Positions 39,352-49,411 of a stretch of 64,000 nt of DNA are shown here, one piece after another. Position 1 is the stretch's first letter, and the number at the start of each line of letters is the position of its first letter. The translations under genes were made by a program, and so were the position numbers. Origin of the DNA: an uncultured bacterium. Its GTDB lineage: Bacteria > Zixibacteria > MSB-5A5 > UBA10806. The stretch is taken from the NCBI GenBank assembly GCA_965541585.1, contig CBEUCH010000007.1, positions 64,001 through 128,000 on the forward strand, read 5' to 3'. The notes under the pieces are model-generated. The model did not search any database and was not told the origin of the DNA. It worked only from the letters and a program-made list of their open reading frames with translations.

Positions 39352-42300
39352 ATGAGTGACCGGTACCGTCAGATAAAGGGTGAATTCAATTTCGCAGAGC
39401 GGGAAGCAGAGATCAGCAAATTCTGGGATGAGAATTCTATCTTCGAGAAATCGTTGAAGCTCAGGGAAACCTCACCCCGATATAATTTCTACGAGGGTCC
39501 CCCCACTGCCAACGGTCTGCCGCATATCGGCCACGCCCTGGCGCGAACTATCAAGGACGTGATTTGCCGCTACAGGACGATGAAAGGATTTCTCGTGGAA
39601 CGCAAGGCGGGATGGGATACGCACGGGCTGCCGGTCGAACTTGAGGTTGAGAAGGCCCTGGGAATCTCTACCAAGGATGAAATCGAGAAGATGGGGGTCG
39701 AGAAATTCAACGCTGAATGCAAAAAATCGGTTTTCAAATACAAGGCCGAGTGGGATGAGTTTACGCGCACATTGGGCTACTGGCTCGACCTTTCAAATCC
39801 GTATATCACCTATACCAACGATTATATCGAAACCGTCTGGTGGATTCTAAAGCAGTTCTGGGAAAAGGACTTGCTCTACAAAGGATATAAGATTCTTCCC
39901 TGGTGTCCCCGATGCGAGACCGCGCTATCATCCCATGAAACGGCCATGGGGTATAAAGAGGTTACCGATCCCTCGCTTTTTGTTATGATGAGGCTATCCG
40001 GCAGCGAGGACACTTATTTTCTTGTCTGGACAACCACTCCGTGGACTTTGATTTCCAACGTTGCTCTGGCGCTTCATCCTTATGAGTCCTACGTGACTAT
40101 AGAACATCGCGACAGGAAACTGATTCTGGCTGAGAACAGGCTTAGCGTGATAGACGGGGAATACGAGATACTCGAAACCAAAAAAGGCTCCGAGTACGCC
40201 GGCGTAAGATATGAGCCGCTGTTTGATTTTCTACCGGTCGATAAGGGGCATTATGCTACCCTGGCCGATTTCGTCACCATGGAGGAGGGCTCCGGTATCG
40301 TGCATATAGCGCCGGCTTTTGGCGCCGACGATTACGAGCTGAGTATCAAAGAAGGTCTATCCGTCATTCAGGCCGTGGATACCGAAGGTCGGCTGATATC
40401 CGAGGTGACTCCCTGGGCCGGAAGATATGTCAAGGATGCCGATCCTGAGATCATAGAGGACCTCGGAAACCGGGGATTACTCTACGGCTCAGAGGGCTAT
40501 ACGCATAATTATCCTTTCTGCTGGCGTTGCGATTCACCATTGATCTACTACGCTCGCTCCTCCTGGTTTATCAAAACCACCGCCTTCAAAGACGAGATGA
40601 TAAAGGCCAACGAGGAGATAGAGTGGTTTCCCGAGGAGGTCGGCAGCCGCCGTTTCGGGGAATGGCTGGAAAATAATGTAGACTGGGCGCTGTCGCGCGA
40701 GAGATACTGGGGTTCACCGCTGCCGGTCTGGATCTGCGACGGGTGCCAGAAGCAGCATTGCATCGGCTCGATCGAGGAGCTGCAGCGTATGGCCGTAGAT
40801 TCACCGGAGCAACTCGATTTGCATCGACCGTTCGTAGATCGCATTCGGTTGAAATGCCCCGGATGCGGCGAATCGATGAACCGCACGCCCGAAGTTATCG
40901 ATGCCTGGTTTGATTCCGGCGCCATGCCTTACGGGCAGGTTCATTACCCGTTTGAGCACCAGGATGATTTCGAGGATAAATATTTCCCCGCAGAGTTTAT
41001 CGCGGAGGGGCTGGATCAGACACGCGGCTGGTTCTACTCGATGCTGGCTATTTCGGTGTTTATCTCCGGTCGATCAAGCTATAAAAGATGTGTCGTCAAT
41101 GACCTCATTCTCGATACCGAGGGCCGAAAAATGTCGAAGCGGATTGGGAACGTAATCGAACCCAACCAGCTCTTAAGCGAATATGGGGCTGATGCCATCA
41201 GATGGTATCTGATGAGCTCTTCCCAGATCTGGCTGCCCAAGAGGTTTGATAAGGAAGCTCTGGTGGATGTAGTCAGGCGATTTCTGTCGACTCTCCAGAA
41301 TAGTTTTTCATTCTTTTCTCTATATGCTAATATCGATGGTTTCATTGCCGGAAAAAAGGCTCCTGAATTAGAAAAACGTCCCTTGATAGATCGATGGATA
41401 GTCTCCAGATTGAACGGTTTGATCGATGAGGCCAACAAAGCTTATGACCAGAACGACATAACACGATGCACCCGTGCAATAGCGAGCTTCGTGGTTGATG
41501 ATCTTTCCAATTGGTATGTCAGGCGCAGTCGCCGCCGTTTCTGGGGCTCCCAGGATAATTCCGATAAAAAGGCCGCTTATCAGACACTTTTCGAGTGCCT
41601 TTTGACCATCTGCAAACTGGCCGCCCCGGTTGCGCCGTTCATGGCCGAGGATCTGTATCGCCGGCTGACTGAGAACCTCGACGGATTTAGCGAATCTGTT
41701 CACCTGACCGACTTCCCGATGGCCGAAAAGAGCCACCGTGATTCTCTGATAGAAGAACAGATGGCTGTAGCCCGCAGGACAGTGGAACTGGGACGAGCGG
41801 CCCGGAAGGAATCAAAAACCCGCGTGAGGCAGCCATTGAGCAGATTGGTGGTTCTCGGATTATCCGAAAATGAGCGGGAGATGATAAGAAACTTAGAAAA
41901 TATAGTGCTTGAGGAAATCAATATCAAGAAACTGGAGTTCGATAAGGATGAGACGGCTTATTTCAAATATGCAGGTGAACCGGATTTCAAAAAGATCGGG
42001 CCTAAATTTGGAGCCAGATCTAAAATGGTCGCCGAGCAGATTAGGTCTCTCTCCAGCAAGCAGATCTCCGAACTCGCAGTCAAAGGTAACTTTACGATCG
42101 GCGAGGGTGCGGAGGAGGTTACAATTGAATCGGACGATTTGAAGGTCAATACGGTGCCTTCGGATGGATATGCTGTTAGCAGCGACGGACATCTCAAGGT
42201 TGCCCTCGATCTCACGATCGATGATAATCTACGCGCCGAGGGGAACGCCCGGGAGCTGGTTAACAGGGTTCAAAACTTGAGAAAATCGGCGGGGCTGGTC

Positions 42301-42489
42301 GTAACTGATCGGATAACCTTAAGCATCTCAAGCAATTCCGAATCTCAAAGAGCGATGCAAAAATATGCTGATTATATCAAGAGCGAGACCCTCGCAACCC
42401 GGTTTGCCGATATTAATGATCCGGAGAACTCCCAGGAATTTGATCTGAACGGTGTCAAAACAGTTGTTGCACTGGAGAAGATTTCATAG
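39352..42489 (+). CDS. ileS: Isoleucine--tRNA ligase (IleRS2 type)
   Basis: EGPPTANGLPHIGH, GWDTHGLP, WTTTPWTL, DQTRGWFY, KMSKR. Confidence 0.96.
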   Translation: MSDRYRQIKGEFNFAEREAEISKFWDENSIFEKSLKLRETSPRYNFYEGPPTANGLPHIGHALARTIKDVICRYRTMKGFLVERKAGWDTHGLPVELEVEKALGISTKDEIEKMGVEKFNAECKKSVFKYKAEWDEFTRTLGYWLDLSNPYITYTNDYIETVWWILKQFWEKDLLYKGYKILPWCPRCETALSSHETAMGYKEVTDPSLFVMMRLSGSEDTYFLVWTTTPWTLISNVALALHPYESYVTIEHRDRKLILAENRLSVIDGEYEILETKKGSEYAGVRYEPLFDFLPVDKGHYATLADFVTMEEGSGIVHIAPAFGADDYELSIKEGLSVIQAVDTEGRLISEVTPWAGRYVKDADPEIIEDLGNRGLLYGSEGYTHNYPFCWRCDSPLIYYARSSWFIKTTAFKDEMIKANEEIEWFPEEVGSRRFGEWLENNVDWALSRERYWGSPLPVWICDGCQKQHCIGSIEELQRMAVDSPEQLDLHRPFVDRIRLKCPGCGESMNRTPEVIDAWFDSGAMPYGQVHYPFEHQDDFEDKYFPAEFIAEGLDQTRGWFYSMLAISVFISGRSSYKRCVVNDLILDTEGRKMSKRIGNVIEPNQLLSEYGADAIRWYLMSSSQIWLPKRFDKEALVDVVRRFLSTLQNSFSFFSLYANIDGFIAGKKAPELEKRPLIDRWIVSRLNGLIDEANKAYDQNDITRCTRAIASFVVDDLSNWYVRRSRRRFWGSQDNSDKKAAYQTLFECLLTICKLAAPVAPFMAEDLYRRLTENLDGFSESVHLTDFPMAEKSHRDSLIEEQMAVARRTVELGRAARKESKTRVRQPLSRLVVLGLSENEREMIRNLENIVLEEINIKKLEFDKDETAYFKYAGEPDFKKIGPKFGARSKMVAEQIRSLSSKQISELAVKGNFTIGEGAEEVTIESDDLKVNTVPSDGYAVSSDGHLKVALDLTIDDNLRAEGNARELVNRVQNLRKSAGLVVTDRITLSISSNSESQRAMQKYADYIKSETLATRFADINDPENSQEFDLNGVKTVVALEKIS

Positions 42490-42515
42490 TATATACCGGC
42501 CCGGAGGTATTCCGG

Positions 42516-42896
42516 ATGAACAAAAGAGATCTGGGAAAATTTGAAAAACTGCTCCTGGCCAAACGCCAGCAGCTGATAGAGGAATTTGGATTGCTAAAGA
42601 GTGCGTCTATGGATACCACTATCAAGGAAAAAACCGGGGATCTCTCATCCTACTCGTATCACATGGCGGATCAGGGCACCGATGCTATGGAGAGAGAGAA
42701 GACTTTTTATTTCGCTTCTAAATCCGGCCGGCTCCTTTATCACATCGATCAGGCTTTAAGAAGGGTCAGAAATAAAACCTATGGCAAATGCGAGGAGTGC
42801 GGCGAACAGATTAATCGGGAGCGGCTGGAGGCGGTCCCCCATGCCAGATTGTGCATAAAGTGCAAGGAGTTGGAAGAGCAGAAAAAATCCAACTGA
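42516..42896 (+). CDS. TraR/DksA C4 zinc-finger protein
   Basis: HMADQGTD, YGKCEEC..RLEAVPHARLCIKC. Confidence 0.88.
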   Translation: MNKRDLGKFEKLLLAKRQQLIEEFGLLKSASMDTTIKEKTGDLSSYSYHMADQGTDAMEREKTFYFASKSGRLLYHIDQALRRVRNKTYGKCEECGEQINRERLEAVPHARLCIKCKELEEQKKSN

Positions 42897-42912
42897 GGGG
42901 AGGCGATATTGA

Positions 42913-43461
42913 ATGCGTCAGCGGAGCCTCATCCTCTACTTACTGATTTCCATCCTCGTAATATCATTAGATCAGACAACCAAGTTATTAGTATTAAATA
43001 ACTTTGCCGAAGGCGAGGCGGTCTCTGTTATTGGAGACTTTTTATTCTTCCGGTTTGTCTTCAATGAAGGCGGCGCCATGGGGACGAGCCTGGGTCCCTC
43101 ATGGCTATACACCATTTTAACCCTGGCAGCCCTGATTTTGATAATTCACTATTTTGTAAAGAATAAATCGGACGGGCCGTCCATAAAGATGCCGTTGGCG
43201 CTTATTTTTGGCGGTGCCGTCGGCAATCTGATTGATAGAATCAGATTAGGCAAGGTGGTTGATTTCATCGATGTGGATTTTCCCGACATGCCGTTTTTGG
43301 GGATCACTAGATGGTGGACGTTCAATGTCGCCGATGCCGCTATCACCTGCGGCCTGGTGATTTTCATCATAGGTATTTTTCTCAGGAAAAAGCAAGACGT
43401 GGCCACGGTGGTTGAGAGCTCAGCGCCCGACGCCCATCAATTAGATGGTGACCAGAACTAA
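42913..43461 (+). CDS. lspA: Lipoprotein signal peptidase II
   Basis: DQTTK, GGAVGNLIDR, VVDFID, FNVAD. Confidence 0.93.
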   Translation: MRQRSLILYLLISILVISLDQTTKLLVLNNFAEGEAVSVIGDFLFFRFVFNEGGAMGTSLGPSWLYTILTLAALILIIHYFVKNKSDGPSIKMPLALIFGGAVGNLIDRIRLGKVVDFIDVDFPDMPFLGITRWWTFNVADAAITCGLVIFIIGIFLRKKQDVATVVESSAPDAHQLDGDQN

Positions 43462-44422
43462 ATTAAAACTGGCCGTTTCCGAGGATCTTCAGGGATTAAG
43501 ACTCGATATATTCTGCTCCCGGAAAGTCTCCGATCGCACGCGAAGCTATTTCACCAAGCTGGCATCCTCCGGCCATATCGCCGTGGACGGTCAAACTGCT
43601 AAGCCATCTCTCAAAGTAAAAAAAGGCATGCAGGTTGAAATTGAGCTGGCCGCACCACCACCGATGGAGGCGAGGCCTGAAGATATACCCCTCAATATAA
43701 TCTACGAAGACGATCGCGTGGCCGTCGTAGATAAATCCTCCGGTATGGTAGTTCATCCTGCCGCCGGCAATTACGAGGGAACTCTGGTCAACGCCCTCTT
43801 GCACCATTTCGGCGAAACCGTCGGCAGGCAGCATGATCCGGTGCGTCCCGGACTGGTGCACAGGTTAGATAAGGATACATCAGGCCTGCTTGTTATTGCT
43901 AAAGATGAGAGGGGGCTGGCTATGCTGCAGCAGGCGTTGAAGGAAAGGCGTATCAATAGGCATTATAAGGCCGTCTGCTGGGGGAGCTTAGAGCCCGAAC
44001 AGGGGACCATCGATCTGCCGATAGGACGATCGGATCGCGATCGCAAGAAGATGGTTGTCTACCCTCGTACAGGGCGGGATGCTGTCACCCATTTTGAAGT
44101 TATAGAAAGGCTGGGATTGGCCGATCTGGTTTTGATCAAACTCGAAACCGGCAGGACTCATCAAATCAGGGTGCACATTTCTTATTATGGACATCCCATC
44201 GTTGGCGATCCGACCTATGGTGGCCGGTCGAAGTATATAAGGAGGTTGGATGGGAAGAATCGTCAGATTGCCGTTCCCCTAATGAATATTCTTGGCAGGC
44301 AGGCGCTGCATGCCTTCAGGCTCGAATTCCCTCATCCTGATAATGACAGGATGATTGAGTTCAAATCTGATCTGCCGGGGGATATGATAGAGGCTCTGGA
44401 ATATCTCCGAAGCAGAAGATGA
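43445..44422 (+). CDS. rluD: RluA/RluD family pseudouridine synthase
   Basis: S4 domain, VHRLDKDTSG, LETGRTHQIRVH, QALHA. Confidence 0.88.
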   Translation: MVTRTKLKLAVSEDLQGLRLDIFCSRKVSDRTRSYFTKLASSGHIAVDGQTAKPSLKVKKGMQVEIELAAPPPMEARPEDIPLNIIYEDDRVAVVDKSSGMVVHPAAGNYEGTLVNALLHHFGETVGRQHDPVRPGLVHRLDKDTSGLLVIAKDERGLAMLQQALKERRINRHYKAVCWGSLEPEQGTIDLPIGRSDRDRKKMVVYPRTGRDAVTHFEVIERLGLADLVLIKLETGRTHQIRVHISYYGHPIVGDPTYGGRSKYIRRLDGKNRQIAVPLMNILGRQALHAFRLEFPHPDNDRMIEFKSDLPGDMIEALEYLRSRR

Positions 44423-44718
44423 AGAAAAAAGAAAAATAAACCTCATGGCTTTTCCGGCAAGAAGCCTTGAAACACGGTCCGGATAATCTCCGGATAGAGA
44501 AGAACTTAAGATATGCGCGAGGTGGCAGGAACCGATAGAATCTGCAGAGCAACCTGAGGTCTTGACGTAAGGATATACTCCTGTTATATAAGCGATCACC
44601 ATGAAAAGCTCTTTCAGACAGATGATCGTCCCGTTGACTCTGCTACCAGGAATTCCACCTGAAGTAAACCCGAATACATAATCAACCGGGATAAAGAATT
44701 GAGGGAAGGAGATAGAAG

Positions 44719-45201
44719 ATGAAAATTGAGGAATATGATCTGAAGATCCCGGATGGCTGCAATATAATCCTGGGGCATGCGCATTTTATAAAGACCATAG
44801 ATGACCTTTACGAGGCGATGGTCTCGTCGAGCACGTCGGTGAAGTTCGGGATCGGTTTTTCGGAGGCGTCGCAGGAGAGATTGGTTCGCGTGGACGGTAA
44901 CGATGACGAGCTTAAGAAGCTGGCCGCCGATGCCATCATGGGGATAGGATGCGGTCATACGTTTATCATCTTTTTGAAAGATGCCTTTCCCATCAATTTC
45001 CTGGGCGCCATCAAGGCGGTACCGGAGATTTGCCGGATAATCTGCGCCACAGCCAATCCATTGAAGTTGCTCATATCGAGGACGGAGCAGGGTGGAGGCA
45101 TTATGGGCGTAGTTGACGGCGCTGCCCCGAGCGGAATCGAGGGAGAAGAGCACGTTCAGGTCAGAAGGAAATTCTTAAGAGACATTGGATATAAGCGGTA
45201 A
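44719..45201 (+). CDS. Adenosine-specific kinase family (DUF355)
   Basis: HFIKT, FGIGFSEAS, FPIN, PEICRI.CATANP, GVVDG, RKFLRDIGYKR. Confidence 0.8.
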   Translation: MKIEEYDLKIPDGCNIILGHAHFIKTIDDLYEAMVSSSTSVKFGIGFSEASQERLVRVDGNDDELKKLAADAIMGIGCGHTFIIFLKDAFPINFLGAIKAVPEICRIICATANPLKLLISRTEQGGGIMGVVDGAAPSGIEGEEHVQVRRKFLRDIGYKR

Positions 45202-45203
45202 TC

Positions 45204-46193
45204 GTGGCGAGAATCGAAAACGGCATCAGATTCGGCGATTATTTCTCGATCGATCCGACGCGGAAATCAGATCTGGCTGTTGTCAGCCATGCCCATTCGG
45301 ATCACCTCAAGGCGCACCGGAAAATAATGGCCACCGGCCCGACGATCGAGCTGGCTCGTCTTCGATATAAGAGATTCGAGGCAGCCACTGTTGATTATCA
45401 TAGAAAATTCGAGATAGGCCCGGCGACCATTGAGCTGGCCCCGGCGGGCCATATGCTCGGTTCGGCCCAGGTGGTCTTAGACTGGCACGGTGAGAGAATT
45501 GTCTACACCGGTGATTTTAAGCTGGAGGAGAATTACACCTGTGCCAAAGCGGAAATCCATCCGTGCGATACTCTCCTGATCGATGCCACCTACGGGAAGC
45601 CTCATTATAGATTTCCGCCCATTGCAGAATGCCGGGAGAGACTTCTGGAGTTTGTCATCGGGAATATAACGGGGGGGGTAGTGCCGGTTATACTGGCCTA
45701 TTCTCTTGGTAAAGCCCAGGAGGCGATGAAGATTCTTGCTAATGAGGGTGTCGAGATCGACGCCCACAAAACAGCATACGAAGCCGCCATGATTTACGGC
45801 CGTCATGGAGTCGAGATAAAAGGATTACATCTGCTTGATGGGAAGCCAAAGCAAGAGAGAGCCCTGATAATGCCTCCCGGCGGTTTCAGATATATTAATC
45901 CGTATGGCTGGGGACGATTCAAAACCTGTTTCCTTTCCGGTTGGTCTATTGATAAACGATACGGATCCCGGGGAGGGAACAGCATCGGGATACCGTTTTC
46001 TGATCATGCCTCCTTCGATGATATAGTTCGATACGTGGAAATCGCCAAACCCAGGAGGATCTTTACACTTTTCGGTCCGCCGGAAATAGCTGAATATCTC
46101 AGAAGAATCGGCTTCAACGCCGAGGCAACCGATCTGAACCGGGACCGGAGCCTGGATCGGAAAGGTGGTGGCAACATGGATCTTTTCGCATGA
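45204..46193 (+). CDS. MBL-fold/beta-CASP nuclease
   Basis: SHAHSDH, AGHMLGS, YTGD, YSLGKAQE, SDHA. Confidence 0.8.
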   Translation: MARIENGIRFGDYFSIDPTRKSDLAVVSHAHSDHLKAHRKIMATGPTIELARLRYKRFEAATVDYHRKFEIGPATIELAPAGHMLGSAQVVLDWHGERIVYTGDFKLEENYTCAKAEIHPCDTLLIDATYGKPHYRFPPIAECRERLLEFVIGNITGGVVPVILAYSLGKAQEAMKILANEGVEIDAHKTAYEAAMIYGRHGVEIKGLHLLDGKPKQERALIMPPGGFRYINPYGWGRFKTCFLSGWSIDKRYGSRGGNSIGIPFSDHASFDDIVRYVEIAKPRRIFTLFGPPEIAEYLRRIGFNAEATDLNRDRSLDRKGGGNMDLFA

Positions 46194-46271
46194 ATTCCAT
46201 CCAAATTGCCGAGTTGTCCGCCAGGATATTCGACGATCTTATCGCATCCGAGTATTTCCGATAAAAAATAC

Positions 46272-46300
46272 TTGACAGGTTACGAATTTGATGGTATTAT
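46272..46300 (+). promoter_or_regulatory. Near-consensus sigma70 promoter upstream of glmS
   Basis: TTGACA-17 nt-TATTAT with extended -10 TG and A-rich upstream tract. Confidence 0.7.
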
Positions 46301-46708
46301 TGATTATATTCTCGGCGAAGCATAAACATCTTGCAAATATGGAGTTTGCCTGAAAGATCTTCTGATATGGATGTTAGCTGTCAGGGATCCAGTGGGAATT
46401 GCGAAGGAAGCAGTCAAAGAGTTGGGTCGCAAAGCCGCTTTGCTCGCGGTCGGGCAGAAGGGTGCATACTGTGGCAGCCTTGAGAATAGAATTACTGGTC
46501 GACATTACCGGCCCGGATTGGCGTTTAAGCCGGTGCTCTCTTGGTGGAACTTTCCCGGGATGTGAGGCTTAAAAAGGGGTTGAATATGTGCCGACAATAT
46601 GCCTGGAGGGGTATCCGCAGAGGAAAAATCTGAGGGCCGGGATAAAATATCCGGGATCGTAACCGTTGTTGGTCAGTGATTAAGAGAAGTCAACAGGAGG
46701 CTTAATAG

Positions 46709-48535
46709 ATGTGCGGGATAGTGGGATATGTTGGTCCCCAGAAGGCATGTCCGATCTTGATAGAAGGGCTTAAGCGTCAGGAATATCGAGGCTACGATTC
46801 AGCCGGCGTTGCCCTTATTGAAAATGGCGAGATAGTAATTCAAAAAAGCGCCGGCAAGATCGCAGCTCTGGAGGCCGATCTTGAAGGTCGCGATTTTGAG
46901 GCGAATTCGGGTATTGCCCATACCCGATGGGCTACGCATGGCGAACCGACTGATGTTAATGCACATCCTCATACCGGTATGACCGGGAAAATTGCGGTTG
47001 TGCACAATGGCATAATCGAGAATTACGCGGCGTTGAGGGAGGTTCTGAAACGCCAGGGACGCGTCTTCAGGACCGAAACAGACACCGAGATTTTAGCTCA
47101 TTTGATTGAAGAGTATTACGATGGCAATCTGCTTCAAGCTGTTCGCAGTGCATTAACTCAGGTCGAAGGCACTTATGGCATAGCGGTAATCTGTATTGAC
47201 AACCCGGATATGATGGTTGCCGCCAGATCCGGCTCCCCTCTGGTCATCGGCAGCGGCGAAGGCGAAAACTTTGTGGCCTCGGATGTTGCGGCTATCTTAA
47301 GGTATACCAACAGGGTTGTTTATCTTGAGGATGGCGAATTAGCCGAGGTAACACCATCCAGATTCTCTATAACCACGCTCGATGATGTGACCGTGACACC
47401 CCATCTGCAGGAGATCTCCTGGAGTCTGGATATGATCGAAAAGGGTGGATACGATCATTTCATGTTAAAAGAGATTTTCGAGCAACCTGAAACACTGAAA
47501 AATGCCATGAGGGGCAGACTGAGTTTTGAAGATGCCACGGCTCGCCTTAATGGCTTAAACCTTCAATATGATGAACTGCATCATATTCGGCGCATCATAA
47601 TTACCGCCTGCGGTACGAGCTGGCATGCGGCGCTGATCGGGGAGTATCTGATAGAGGAATATGCCCGGATCCCGGTAGAGGTCGAGTATGCCTCGGAATT
47701 TCGCTATCGAAGTCCCATAATCGATCCAGGTACCGTAGTATTGGTTATTTCTCAGTCGGGGGAGACAGCGGATACGCTGGCCGCCATGCGCGAAGCGAAA
47801 CGCAAGGGCGCAACTTGCCTGGGGATCTGCAACGTGGTTGGCTCAACTATCGCAAGGGAATCCGATGGAGGGGTATATATCCATGCCGGTCCGGAGATCG
47901 GGGTCGCCTCCACCAAGGCTTTCACTTCTCAGATAATGGTTCTCTCCCTTATCACCATCCTGCTGGCCCGGATGCGGTCTATGTCTTACGAAAAAGGCGA
48001 GGAGTTGATCGAGGCTTTGAATGGGGTTCCCGAGCAGGTAAAGACGGTGTTGTCCCTTAATGATGAAATCAAGCATCTGGCGGAAAAATATCACGATAAG
48101 AATAATTTCCTGTATCTCGGCCGTGGAATAAGCTTCCCCGTGGCGCTGGAGGGCGCCTTAAAGCTCAAGGAAATCAGTTATATTCATGCCGAGGGTTATC
48201 CGGCCGCTGAGATGAAACATGGACCGATCGCTTTAATCGATGAGAACATGCCTGTTGTGGTTCTGGCGCCGAAAGATTCGGTTCACAGCAAGGTTATCTC
48301 CAACATGTCGGAGATAAAAGCCCGCAAGGGGTTGATAATCGGAATCGCGACCCGGGGCGACGAGAAGATCACTGAAATGGCTGACGAGGTTATATATATT
48401 CCGGAGGTGAACGATTTTATACTTCCGATTGTGGGCATAATTCCTCTACAGCTTCTGGCATATCATATGGCCGTGTTGAGAGGATGCGACGTGGATCAGC
48501 CGCGAAATTTGGCTAAAAGCGTTACCGTTGAATGA
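46709..48535 (+). CDS. glmS: Glutamine--fructose-6-phosphate transaminase
   Basis: MCGIVG, EYRGYDSAG, HTRWATHG, SQSGETAD, PRNLAKSVTVE. Confidence 0.98.
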   Translation: MCGIVGYVGPQKACPILIEGLKRQEYRGYDSAGVALIENGEIVIQKSAGKIAALEADLEGRDFEANSGIAHTRWATHGEPTDVNAHPHTGMTGKIAVVHNGIIENYAALREVLKRQGRVFRTETDTEILAHLIEEYYDGNLLQAVRSALTQVEGTYGIAVICIDNPDMMVAARSGSPLVIGSGEGENFVASDVAAILRYTNRVVYLEDGELAEVTPSRFSITTLDDVTVTPHLQEISWSLDMIEKGGYDHFMLKEIFEQPETLKNAMRGRLSFEDATARLNGLNLQYDELHHIRRIIITACGTSWHAALIGEYLIEEYARIPVEVEYASEFRYRSPIIDPGTVVLVISQSGETADTLAAMREAKRKGATCLGICNVVGSTIARESDGGVYIHAGPEIGVASTKAFTSQIMVLSLITILLARMRSMSYEKGEELIEALNGVPEQVKTVLSLNDEIKHLAEKYHDKNNFLYLGRGISFPVALEGALKLKEISYIHAEGYPAAEMKHGPIALIDENMPVVVLAPKDSVHSKVISNMSEIKARKGLIIGIATRGDEKITEMADEVIYIPEVNDFILPIVGIIPLQLLAYHMAVLRGCDVDQPRNLAKSVTVE

Positions 48536-48575
48536 GTTTGAACCGGGGAACTTCAGAAAATCAAGGAGGCTGCCT

Positions 48576-49232
48576 ATGGCAGGAAAAATCAAGCGAAAGT
48601 TGCAGAAGGACAAAAAACTGCTGGTGGAGATGTATCATCGACGGGGGATGTCATTGACGGATATCGCCAGGAAATACGGGTGCAGCCGTCAGTATATCCA
48701 GTTGGTCTTCATAGCGTTGGGGATCCGGCGGAGAAACCGTCAAGAAGCTTTAAGACTATCCCCCAAAAGGAGAAAAAGCAGGTTCGATTTTCAGCCAAAA
48801 CACGACAGATTCATAGCTGCCAATTACGAAAGAATGGCCGATCACGAGATCGCTCTCAGGCTAAATAAACCGGTGAATGCTGTTACCTATCGAAGATTGA
48901 CGGTGCTGTGCAAGAAGAAGGGAGTCCGGCGGAATTTTTCCGCAGAGGAAGACGATTTCATCCTGAGAAACTATAAAAAACTCACTGACAACGCAATTGC
49001 GCGGGCGCTGAAGAGAACTCTCATATCGGTAACCCATCACAGAAACAGAATCCTGGACCGTCCCAAGAGAAGGCTCCGATCCTATACCGAGGAAGAGGAT
49101 GGCTACATCAGGCAGAACTACAGAATGCTTACTGACGGTCAGCTGGGCAGGGCGTTGAATCGCTCAAAAGCATCCATAACCGTCCACCGCAGCGAGGTCC
49201 TGGGGCTTCCCAAGGTGACTAAGAAAAAATAG
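48576..49232 (+). CDS. Basic DNA-binding protein: HTH plus three Myb/SANT-like repeats
   Basis: SLTDIARKYGCSRQYI HTH; three ~45-aa repeats; SD AAGGAGG before ATG 48576. Confidence 0.7.
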   Translation: MAGKIKRKLQKDKKLLVEMYHRRGMSLTDIARKYGCSRQYIQLVFIALGIRRRNRQEALRLSPKRRKSRFDFQPKHDRFIAANYERMADHEIALRLNKPVNAVTYRRLTVLCKKKGVRRNFSAEEDDFILRNYKKLTDNAIARALKRTLISVTHHRNRILDRPKRRLRSYTEEEDGYIRQNYRMLTDGQLGRALNRSKASITVHRSEVLGLPKVTKKK

Positions 49233-49411
49233 CACAAGAGTAAGATGAGCCCATAGGATCTTGAGTCTTTCTGAAAGTAATCCCGATTCTTCCCCCCGGG
49301 AAAAAATTCCTTTCATTATAACTCGGACAATTGTAATATAGATATTAGGTTGATGGATGGCAGTTGTCGGTAGAGTCGCTCGTAGGCCATAAAGTGAATT
49401 AGATTATTCCA

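Noticed and set aside
39352..42489. Mupirocin hyper-resistant IleRS2
   Set aside because: The signature is canonical HIGH, not the swapped GxHH motif
44423..44718. Possible ncRNA in the rluD-DUF355 gap
   Set aside because: Only a promoter-like TTGACG box; no tRNA, SRP or riboswitch motif recognised
46371..46565. 64-aa ORF in the glmS leader
   Set aside because: No recognisable motif or clear SD; not supported as coding
46300..46708. Canonical glmS ribozyme
   Set aside because: Conserved core not found by eye
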